Shown here piece after piece: positions 39,729 through 46,518 of a stretch of 46,542 nt of DNA. A program made the translations under genes and the position numbers. The notes beneath the pieces are model-generated. The model worked only from the letters and a program-made list of their open reading frames with translations, ran no database searches and was not told where the DNA came from. Source of the DNA: a virus; the IMG/VR virus record IMGVR_UViG_3300045988_082870, positions 1 to 46,542 of that record, one strand, 5' to 3'. Every line of letters begins with the position of its first letter. The stretch's first letter is position 1.

Positions 39729-40277
39729 CTATTTTTTAAAAAGACTATTTATTACACGATTTGGTAAATTTTGTTTTACCCAATCCGGGTCGTTTTTCAA
39801 TTTCAACCGGCCGGCGTGCATAATCAATAACGCATCGGCATTCCACAGGGTCGCTTTAACAGTCGGATAATAATGTTGTGCGGCTCTCTTATACCTGTTC
39901 TTGCGCTCTGTCTTTTCTTCGTCCTGCTTCCGTAACTTCAACGTTGATTGCCATGTCATAGGATGTACTTGTATGTAAGGAATATCCTCAATCTCAAAGT
40001 AATCTTTTAGCTGCTGAAACGCAGATAATAACTGCTGTATTCGGAAAGCCTTTCCGGGGTTTGCGTTAACATCATCTGAACGTAACTGTACCTTTTCGAT
40101 GAATATTATCGGTTTTTTTGCTATCTCCTTGACATATTGCAAAAATTCTCTTATGTCGGCGATATTCTTCGGCATTCTAATTACTTTGACATTATTCCCG
40201 GGGCGATATAAGGCAATGCCGCCATTTGCTCCTGGGTCAACTCCTATAACTGCATCAAAATTAAAATCTGTTTCCAT
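39729..40277 (-). CDS. RuvC-like Holliday junction resolvase
   Basis: The N-terminal VIGVDPGANGGIAL motif carries the catalytic Asp of the RuvC/RNase H fold. A downstream acidic residue lies in IIFIEKV, and the size is about 180 aa. Confidence 0.65.
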   Translation of the reverse strand: METDFNFDAVIGVDPGANGGIALYRPGNNVKVIRMPKNIADIREFLQYVKEIAKKPIIFIEKVQLRSDDVNANPGKAFRIQQLLSAFQQLKDYFEIEDIPYIQVHPMTWQSTLKLRKQDEEKTERKNRYKRAAQHYYPTVKATLWNADALLIMHAGRLKLKNDPDWVKQNLPNRVINSLFKK

Positions 40278-40473
40278 TCCAATTCTTTTTTAAATTATTT
40301 TTTTCTTGTTCTGTCAAATCCTCACAAAATACATTTGCCGTGACATTTATGGCAAAGGATGTTAATTGTCGCTGCTGCTGTTCTTCGCTGCTGTTGCTCT
40401 TGGCTATATAACGCAATATCTCTTTCAGCATTGCATTGTTTTCACGTAAAAGCCTTATTATTTCTTCATCCAT
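40261..40473 (-). CDS. Hypothetical protein (70 aa)
   Basis: ORF track; overlaps both neighbours. Confidence 0.5.
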   Translation of the reverse strand: MDEEIIRLLRENNAMLKEILRYIAKSNSSEEQQQRQLTSFAINVTANVFCEDLTEQEKNNLKKNWNGNRF

Positions 40474-40660
40474 TTTGAAATTCGTTAATTTGGTTTTCTA
40501 TTTGTTCATTTGTCTTTGGCTTAAAATTAGGGCATTTACCCATGTCCCCATAACTAATCATAACAATTACAGGAAACATCAAACCATGTGCGCACTCCCT
40601 GCCATATCTGTCTGCAAATGTACAATCTTCGCACCTGTTATTTATGTTATATGCTGCCAT
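40466..40660 (-). CDS. Small Cys-containing hypothetical protein (64 aa)
   Basis: ORF track; contains CEDC...C...C. Confidence 0.5.
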   Translation of the reverse strand: MAAYNINNRCEDCTFADRYGRECAHGLMFPVIVMISYGDMGKCPNFKPKTNEQIENQINEFQNG

Positions 40661-41524
40661 TTATAAATATTTATCAAGTTGTATTTCATTTAGTATATAC
40701 TCGTCAAATGCCTGTAATATTGTGCGCTCCTGCGCAACAATATATGCTTTGTCGTTTACATCCGGGTGCTTCGCTCCGAGATGTCTTATACATTTTCCGA
40801 CAAAGTCGCCAATTAGTCCGCTATGCACATCTTGCATTAATAAGCGCATAGCCTGCCGCTTGTCGGCTTCGGTTATATCTATGTCGTCAATTATATTAGC
40901 CCGGTTTAACTCTCGGTATATAAGGTGATTATTTGGCCATGTCGGTTTTGTTCCTAAATACTTATAATGCAAATATGCCAAATAAACGCTGTGCCTTATA
41001 TCGGCAGTCGCACTACTCTCTAACTTCTTCGGCTCGGCTGTTATGCCGTTCTGATAGACCTTTGCAATAACTTCATTTTTTAGTCCTAAATATGCTTTTA
41101 AAACTCTTGAAAAGTATTCAATACCGAAACGGTTGTAATGTTGCCTTTCCGGGTTTCCGCTGCTGTTTAACGGCAAATAATTATCAAGCTGGCCAACTTG
41201 CAACAGCTCAAATGCTAACTTTACTTCTTTCAATGTGAAGCCGTAAAAATATTTTTTTAATGTTTCACATAATTTCATTTTGAGATAATTCCATTCCGTC
41301 AAATTAGGCTTAACGAAACCGACATCTATCGCCGTATAATTAAGTATAACGGACATTTCGTCTACATACTTATCGGCTGGTATGTCTTTTATCTTGACCG
41401 ACATCGAAGCACGCAATACATCATTTTCAGTGTCTGTCAATTTGCCTTGTAAGCCGGATGCTAATTGCTGCCAGGGCTGTATGCTGCTGCCATTTGTTTT
41501 AATTAATTCGTGCTCCATAATCAA
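40661..41524 (-). CDS. Replication-module protein of unknown function (287 aa)
   Basis: Its ATG overlaps the stop of the initiator gene by 4 nt (41521..41524), so the two look translationally coupled. There is no Walker motif. It occupies the position of helicase-loader/accessory proteins. Confidence 0.5.
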   Translation of the reverse strand: MIMEHELIKTNGSSIQPWQQLASGLQGKLTDTENDVLRASMSVKIKDIPADKYVDEMSVILNYTAIDVGFVKPNLTEWNYLKMKLCETLKKYFYGFTLKEVKLAFELLQVGQLDNYLPLNSSGNPERQHYNRFGIEYFSRVLKAYLGLKNEVIAKVYQNGITAEPKKLESSATADIRHSVYLAYLHYKYLGTKPTWPNNHLIYRELNRANIIDDIDITEADKRQAMRLLMQDVHSGLIGDFVGKCIRHLGAKHPDVNDKAYIVAQERTILQAFDEYILNEIQLDKYL

Positions 41525-42474
41525 AAATCATTATGTAAATATCGCATCATATCGTTATATTCTTTATCGCTCATTTGCCCGGTGGTGCGGCTCTGCTTCC
41601 ACTTAGTATATTCTTCCGGGGTGTTTGAAAATACTACGCCCTGCCATCCGCCGGCAATACTCTTATCTATCAGCTCGCTGGCAAACTCCAATTCATACTG
41701 CGACAACTTGTTTAAATTCATTTGTAATGCCGCCAAGGTCTTTTTTTGCCATTTTGGGCTACACGCTAAAATAAAGAATTTTTTTCTAAATTCGGCATCG
41801 TCAAACGGAAAAGTAAGGCTTTGCATCTTTTTCGCTACAGTATCGTATGTTTTCCGAGTTACGCCTATCTGCTGCGGTGTTACGCCGTACAATACCATTT
41901 TCCCGGCTTCACGAAAAAGGTCGGTTTCGCACGATTTCTCGTGCGGATAATTTATATTATCAGCTATATTATTTTTGTCTATATTATCCCCTATATTATC
42001 ATTACCTATAATATTAGGGTCAACTTTGTTTACCTCGGTAAGTAAACTTTGTTTACCTCGGTGGTCAACTTTGTTTACCTCGGTAAGTAAACTTTGTTTA
42101 CCTCGGTGGTCAACTTTGTTTACCTCGGTAAGTAAACTTTGTTTACCTCGGTGGTCAACTTTGTTTACCTCGGTGGTCAACTTTGTTGACTCCGTTAAGC
42201 AATCAAAATTAAAACGATAATAGCATTTCTTTCCAAATTTGCCCTCGTTCCAAACTTCTTTCTTTTCTATAATGCCACGTTCAACAAGTCGTGATAATGT
42301 CGTCAAAACATTTTGCTTGCTGGTGCGTGTCCAATCCATCATATATTGCGTGCTGCCATAATACCAGCTTTCATGGTCTTGCGAAAAGCCAAATATCAAT
42401 GATGCAATTATAAGCTCCGACCCTTTTAAGTCCAAGCCCATACAAATTTCTTTAGGTATTATTAAATAGTTCAT
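41521..42474 (-). CDS. Replication initiator / replisome organiser with wHTH N-terminus and embedded iterons
   Basis: The N-terminus GSELIIASLIFGF...NVLTTLSRLVERGIIEKK is wHTH-like. A 15-aa unit TEVNKVDHRGKQSLL is repeated three times and is encoded by the iteron array. Confidence 0.7.
   Translation of the reverse strand: MNYLIIPKEICMGLDLKGSELIIASLIFGFSQDHESWYYGSTQYMMDWTRTSKQNVLTTLSRLVERGIIEKKEVWNEGKFGKKCYYRFNFDCLTESTKLTTEVNKVDHRGKQSLLTEVNKVDHRGKQSLLTEVNKVDHRGKQSLLTEVNKVDPNIIGNDNIGDNIDKNNIADNINYPHEKSCETDLFREAGKMVLYGVTPQQIGVTRKTYDTVAKKMQSLTFPFDDAEFRKKFFILACSPKWQKKTLAALQMNLNKLSQYELEFASELIDKSIAGGWQGVVFSNTPEEYTKWKQSRTTGQMSDKEYNDMMRYLHNDF
42022..42196. repeat. Iteron array (putative replication origin) inside the initiator gene
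   Basis: There are seven perfect copies of the 18-nt unit aactttgtttacctcggt at alternating 23- and 22-nt spacing, giving three full 45-bp super-repeats (42022..42156) followed by one more perfect copy. A degenerate eighth copy (aactttgttgactccgtt) follows. Confidence 0.85.
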
Positions 42475-42785
42475 TTTTGTAATTTTTTAGTAAATGTAAA
42501 GCCGTCTATATTATGATTTATTCCTAAATCTTTTCGCCTTATGATAATACCTTTTTTCTCTAAATTTTTCATTTGATGTCTACAAACATCATAGCCCTTA
42601 AAAGTATAAGGCAGTTTTTCTACAATGTCCCGGTATGTATATTGATAATATTTTTCGCCTGTCGGTAGTATTATACAATAAGTTTCTTTTGCATAGGCGT
42701 ATAACACAGCAAGCCAAAAACTTTCACGTAATGTTAATTCATTATCTGTGATGAATTCCGGGTTAATTATTATTGGTTGTTTCAT
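42471..42785 (-). CDS. wHTH-like DNA-binding protein (about 104 aa from the ATG at 42785)
   Basis: The C-terminal segment CRHQMKNLEKKGIIIRRKDLG resembles the recognition region in the initiator N-terminus. The track ORF starts at GTG 42884, which lies at the predicted transcript start. Confidence 0.5.
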   Translation of the reverse strand: MKQPIIINPEFITDNELTLRESFWLAVLYAYAKETYCIILPTGEKYYQYTYRDIVEKLPYTFKGYDVCRHQMKNLEKKGIIIRRKDLGINHNIDGFTFTKKLQK

Positions 42786-42838
42786 ATAAAAAAATAAGCT
42801 CGACATGGGGCTACCACACACCCACGCCGAGCAATTTT

Positions 42839-42894
42839 CTAACGTTAGCAATATTTCAAACGGTGGTAGTCGTTTGTTTTCCACTGCAAATATA
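42839..42894 (-). promoter_or_regulatory. -7 box (TATATTTG) with a palindromic leader element CTAACGTTAG
   Basis: The -7 box is at 42887..42894 on the minus strand, with no -33 TTTG at the canonical distance. A perfect 10-bp palindrome lies at 42839..42848 in the leader. Confidence 0.4.
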
Positions 42895-42925
42895 ATAATA
42901 TTTTTTTATATCCGAATTATTTTGC

Positions 42926-43642
42926 TTATTTTTTTGTCGTCAGCATTTTAATTGGCTGCTTCGCTTCATTTATCTTGTTAATATTAGCTTCGCTCTCATT
43001 TGGAATGATACTTACAACCGGGTATCGGCTTTTATCTCCGGGCTTTTGGCTCTTGGCAAATTGTACGTTAAGGTCAAATATAATTCCTTTGACAAATCCG
43101 TTACTTTCCAAAATTGCATCAAATGTATCTCTTATGTTGGGTATGGTGCTTGCTGTGCCTTTTGTGGCAAACTGCCAAACGCCGGCCACGCCCCGGACGC
43201 AAGGTATAATGAAGTTTAGCGTTAAAATGATATTCCAGCCCTCGCCTGTGCGCTGGTATTGGCTGTTAGGGTAACGGCGTTCAATGTCTTTCATTAAATT
43301 AGGGTAATCACTAATTTTCAGCTCTTGGTACTCCTTACCGTTCCAACACTTGTAAGTTTCGCCATCACCTGTTGCCAACAAACGCCCCTCATTATCCCGG
43401 TACTCGTAACGTTCGCAACATACTTGCTCTGCGCTGTCTGACGGAAATACTATTTGTATCGTCTGCGGCTTCTCGCCATAAGCCGCCGTAAACAGTGCAG
43501 CGTACTTGCCTGTCGGTATGAAGTAATCTACGCTACGAGGATAGCCTTTTGCGTCCTTATATCCTATCTTTATGTTACCGACCCGGGGCAAAACCAAATG
43601 GTTTCGCTCCGCTGCCGGTCTATTTATTATTCTGCCTTTCAT
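42926..43642 (-). CDS. Hypothetical protein in the position of a single-strand annealing partner of the exonuclease
   Basis: 238 aa. Its ATG overlaps the exonuclease stop (ATGA). No ATPase motif and no family recognised; the function is inferred from gene order only. Confidence 0.4.
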   Translation of the reverse strand: MKGRIINRPAAERNHLVLPRVGNIKIGYKDAKGYPRSVDYFIPTGKYAALFTAAYGEKPQTIQIVFPSDSAEQVCCERYEYRDNEGRLLATGDGETYKCWNGKEYQELKISDYPNLMKDIERRYPNSQYQRTGEGWNIILTLNFIIPCVRGVAGVWQFATKGTASTIPNIRDTFDAILESNGFVKGIIFDLNVQFAKSQKPGDKSRYPVVSIIPNESEANINKINEAKQPIKMLTTKK

Positions 43643-45225
43643 AAATCTAAATCATTATCAAGTAATGCACTTACGTTATTTTTCGCCTTTTTGGCCGTTT
43701 CTTTTGCCTTGGTGGCTTTTTCGACCTTTTTCGGTTCAGTTGTCCGCTCCTTTGCTTTCGGCTCGTCAGACGGCTTCATTTTGCTGTCTTTTCGTGCATA
43801 CATACGAGGAACGCCTTTTTGCGCTTCTGATGTCCTTTGGTTTCTTGTGCCATAATTAATGTTATCCCGATGTGTTATATATTCCAAGTTGGAAATAGCA
43901 TTATTTGCCTTGTTTTCGTCTTTGTGATTTATCTCCATATTTTCGGGCGGCACGCCTAAAAATGCCAAAGCAACAAGGACGTGAACACGCTTTGTAACTC
44001 CGCTTACACAAACGTGATAATATCCTGTTTTTTCTAATTGTGGCTTCAATATATAAGGCTTTTCCCTTGTATGTCCGTACTCATCAATCAAGCTCCTTAT
44101 TTCTCCATTCTCGCTGGCTTGATACTTACCATCATACCCAGGTATATCTTTCCAAATGCAATCGGTCGTATCGTCTTGCATTTTCTTCTCCATATTCCGC
44201 CTTTTTACAAGCTCCGAAAGACTTATTACGCAAATGTTATTTTCTGCGTGATAATCGTCAAAATTTATAACTCCCGAACAAGATATAACAGTATTATCTC
44301 TTTTCGCATCCTCTATTTGAGCAAGTTCGATTAAATAAGGTAATTTAGCCGCATTCTTGCTATTGGTTTGGTCTTTGAAATTATACGTGGGTGTATCTCC
44401 ATTCCATAATTTTGGACTCCAATTAAATACACGCTCAACAGGGTATTGCTCAAAATTCATGTTCCACATTTTCATGTATGCATGGAGTTGTATTTCGTGT
44501 TCCTCGAAAAAGCCTTTGCGTCCCGATTTGAAGTCGATTATTGCTCTTATTCGGCGTTGCCGCTTGCTTTCCTTTGGTTGCCCTGCCTTTACGCCTGTTT
44601 TATAAACATCACCGAAAAAGCCCTTTTCCTCAACGGTTATTTCGGCTACGAGGTCGATTGCCCCTGCATATCCATCTTCGGGGTTTGTCAACACCAACTC
44701 GATTGCTAACGGCTTTAAATCTACATCGTGTGCAAATTGTGCAAATGCCAATATATCTCTTTTTATATCGTCAGAATAATCTATAAAATCAATGGGCAAT
44801 TTCTCGCTCTCAATATATGATTTCAATTTATCTCTTATCTCATTTAGGTCAAAAGTTCGTTCTATTAAATACCTTGCTATCTGTGAATGCAAGAACGTTC
44901 CATACGCCGCACGCTCGGCTGCGTAACGTCTGCTTTCGTCATACCCCATATCTGCTATCCATTTAACAAGCTGCGGCGATGTCGGCAGTGTCTGTTTAAT
45001 CAGCGTTGTAACGCTTACATAGAATTGCGGCTCTCCATTTTCGTCAAATGTGTAATAATAGCGGTGGCCGCTGCTGTCTAATCTGTAAACCGGCTCGGGC
45101 TGCTCCTGTAATGCGTCAGCGTCAAAAAATTCTGCCTTAATTTCTTCGGATGTCATGCCCGGTGCAATTTCAAATGCCGGCTTCGTTGTTAATTCTTCCT
45201 GTGTGATTTGTTCTTGATTTTCCAT
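43639..45225 (-). CDS. PD-(D/E)XK (RecB/Cas4/YqaJ-type) exonuclease fused in frame to a NUMOD4-HNH endonuclease module and a basic tail
   Basis: The nuclease core motifs are GTFLHSQI, AGAIDLVAEI, IIDFKSG and QLHAY. Residues 356-462 are IWKDIPGYDGKYQASENGEIRS...HVLVALAF...INHKDENKANNAISNLEY. A Lys-rich tail ends LLDNDLDL. Confidence 0.75.
   Translation of the reverse strand: MENQEQITQEELTTKPAFEIAPGMTSEEIKAEFFDADALQEQPEPVYRLDSSGHRYYYTFDENGEPQFYVSVTTLIKQTLPTSPQLVKWIADMGYDESRRYAAERAAYGTFLHSQIARYLIERTFDLNEIRDKLKSYIESEKLPIDFIDYSDDIKRDILAFAQFAHDVDLKPLAIELVLTNPEDGYAGAIDLVAEITVEEKGFFGDVYKTGVKAGQPKESKRQRRIRAIIDFKSGRKGFFEEHEIQLHAYMKMWNMNFEQYPVERVFNWSPKLWNGDTPTYNFKDQTNSKNAAKLPYLIELAQIEDAKRDNTVISCSGVINFDDYHAENNICVISLSELVKRRNMEKKMQDDTTDCIWKDIPGYDGKYQASENGEIRSLIDEYGHTREKPYILKPQLEKTGYYHVCVSGVTKRVHVLVALAFLGVPPENMEINHKDENKANNAISNLEYITHRDNINYGTRNQRTSEAQKGVPRMYARKDSKMKPSDEPKAKERTTEPKKVEKATKAKETAKKAKNNVSALLDNDLDL
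43840..44160 (-). mobile_element. NUMOD4-HNH homing-endonuclease-like module embedded in the exonuclease ORF
   Basis: It is a paralogue of the free-standing HNH gene 2971..3726, with the same NUMOD4 and HNH_3-type motifs in the same order. This segment is locally more AT-rich than the nuclease-domain part of the ORF. Confidence 0.7.
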
Positions 45226-45237
45226 AATTCTCTCGGT

Positions 45238-45396
45238 TTATTTGTGGTTAAAAAATGGTTTTACGGTCAAACAGGGTATTGCGATAAACGCTAAACCCGG
45301 GTTTGCGATACTGTTAATTAGTAATATAATGCCAAAGGCTCTCATAACGGCTGCAAAGCCCTTTTCGCTGCCTAATAATTGTGATATTCTTTTCAT
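45238..45396 (-). CDS. Small hydrophobic protein (52 aa), below the ORF-track cutoff
   Basis: ATG at 45396, directly after the stop of the HTH gene; TAA at 45238-45240. Translation: MKRISQLLGSEKGFAAVMRAFGIILLINSIANPGLAFIAIPCLTVKPFFNHK. Confidence 0.45.
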   Translation of the reverse strand: MKRISQLLGSEKGFAAVMRAFGIILLINSIANPGLAFIAIPCLTVKPFFNHK

Positions 45397-45397
45397 G

Positions 45398-45631
45398 TTA
45401 CTTGTTACTTAGTCCAAACAAAAAATCGGCTGATACGCCTGTTTCTTTACATATTGTTACAACCCATTCGGGGTTTACTTTTTTCGTCACGCCGCTGGCA
45501 AGGTTTGTCATGTTTACCGTCTGCGCTTCCGGCCTGCTGTTTGGCCATATTTTCTTTGCCAAATCTTTTTTGTAAATCTTTTTTCCCCGGCTCTCGGCGA
45601 GGGCGATTGCTTCGTTAATTTTCAGTTCCAT
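45398..45631 (-). CDS. Cro/XRE-like HTH regulator (77 aa)
   Basis: Its size, position as second gene of the first early unit, and the segment ...VVTICKETGVSADFLFGL are typical of the HTH_3 family. Confidence 0.6.
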   Translation of the reverse strand: MELKINEAIALAESRGKKIYKKDLAKKIWPNSRPEAQTVNMTNLASGVTKKVNPEWVVTICKETGVSADFLFGLSNK

Positions 45632-45639
45632 TGTTTTGT

Positions 45640-45680
45640 TGTTTTATGCCAGGGCTTGCGCCCCGGCTGGTTATTATTTA
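45640..45680 (-). promoter_or_regulatory. Intergenic GNRA-tetraloop hairpin, copy 3
   Basis: The minus-strand RNA reads AAUAACCA GCCGGGGC-GCAA-GCCCUGGC AUAAAACAA (hairpin 45648..45667). One G-U pair forms only on the minus strand. Confidence 0.6.
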
Positions 45681-46003
45681 TCAATTTCTATCTGTATGCA
45701 AAATGCAGCCTTTGAACATACTCGGCCGTCATTATACTCTCTGTGTACATCAATGCAGTATAATATATTTGAATAAACCTTCATATACTTTTTTATCATT
45801 GCTATAAGTTCGTCAAGAACTGCGCCTGTCATGAAGTCCCGGTCTATACTTACAACTTTCAATATATGCCATTTGCCGGCTGTTACTTTCAAAACTCTAT
45901 ATGACGGCTTATCTCTATATTTAAAGATGCTGGTTATATCATCTATTTTTTTATGAATGTTATGAGTAATCTTTTCTAAATTTGTGTGATTAATCGTTTT
46001 CAT
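45674..46003 (-). CDS. Hypothetical protein (109 aa), first gene after early promoter D
   Basis: ORF track; bracketed by the leader hairpin and the GNRA hairpin. Confidence 0.55.
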   Translation of the reverse strand: MKTINHTNLEKITHNIHKKIDDITSIFKYRDKPSYRVLKVTAGKWHILKVVSIDRDFMTGAVLDELIAMIKKYMKVYSNILYCIDVHREYNDGRVCSKAAFCIQIEIDK

Positions 46004-46023
46004 ATTTATTATTTTTTATGTTC

Positions 46024-46095
46024 CCGGGTAACCGCCCGGTCGGCTGTTGTTCTTAATTATGCTGCAAAGATAAAAAATATTTTTTAAAGCACAAA
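46024..46095 (-). promoter_or_regulatory. Early promoter D plus conserved leader hairpin
   Basis: On the minus strand: TTTG (46092..46095), a 19-nt spacer, then TATCTTTG (46065..46072). The leader hairpin GACCGGGCGGUUACCCGGGAAC follows at 46024..46039. Confidence 0.75.
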
Positions 46096-46117
46096 ATTTT
46101 ACTTTAAATAATTTGAT

Positions 46118-46166
46118 ATAAAATAAAAATGCCATGCACCCGAAATAGCGTGTAACGGTGCATGGC
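46118..46166 (-). terminator. Strong rho-independent terminator
   Basis: The minus-strand RNA forms a perfect 10-bp stem GCCAUGCACC-(16 nt)-GGUGCAUGGC followed by AUUUUUAUUUUAU. Confidence 0.8.
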
Positions 46167-46201
46167 TGCGCAGTAACCGAGAGTGTTTGGTTTATTGCGC
46201 T
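46120..46201 (-). ncRNA. Candidate ~80-nt phage sRNA (own promoter, two hairpins, own terminator)
   Basis: The transcript predicted from the promoter at 46203..46233 begins at GCGCAAUAAACC... A first hairpin spans 46168..46200 and the terminator hairpin follows. There is no ORF. Confidence 0.45.
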
Positions 46202-46202
46202 A

Positions 46203-46233
46203 CAAAGGTACTTATTTTCTTGTAAATACCAAA
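46203..46233 (-). promoter_or_regulatory. Consensus promoter driving the candidate sRNA
   Basis: On the minus strand: TTTG (46230..46233), a 19-nt spacer, then TACCTTTG (46203..46210). It lies 16 nt below the stop of 46249..46518. Confidence 0.55.
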
Positions 46234-46248
46234 TCTTTTAGTGTTTAT

Positions 46249-46518
46249 TTAATCATGTATGCCCAAATCCATATCGCCCCATTGGTCGAAATCTGCTGTG
46301 TCATAGTCGCCAAAACTCTGCGGCGGATACTCAATCCAATTTTCCCGGCGAATATTGTTTAATGCAACCCGGCGAGGGTCATATCCGGGTTTGCTGCGTT
46401 CTCTTTTTTTTGCCGCACAACTCTTTGAACAACACTTGCCCCATCCTCTTTTCAAATCTCTTGTGTCGGCCATATATATTCGGCCACAAATATCACATTT
46501 ACGTTCTATCTTTGCCAT
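46249..46518 (-). CDS. Small zinc-ribbon (FCS-like) protein, last gene of the promoter-B unit across the circular junction
   Basis: 89 aa with CDICG...GKCCSKSC. Its first 31 nt also appear at window positions 1-31 because of the terminal repeat. Confidence 0.6.
   Translation of the reverse strand: MAKIERKCDICGRIYMADTRDLKRGWGKCCSKSCAAKKRERSKPGYDPRRVALNNIRRENWIEYPPQSFGDYDTADFDQWGDMDLGIHD

Noticed and set aside
42022-42196. Regularly spaced direct repeats that could be mistaken for a CRISPR array.
   Set aside because: The spacers are only 4-5 nt and themselves repeat. The array is in frame inside a coding sequence and no cas genes are present. An iteron origin is the better explanation.
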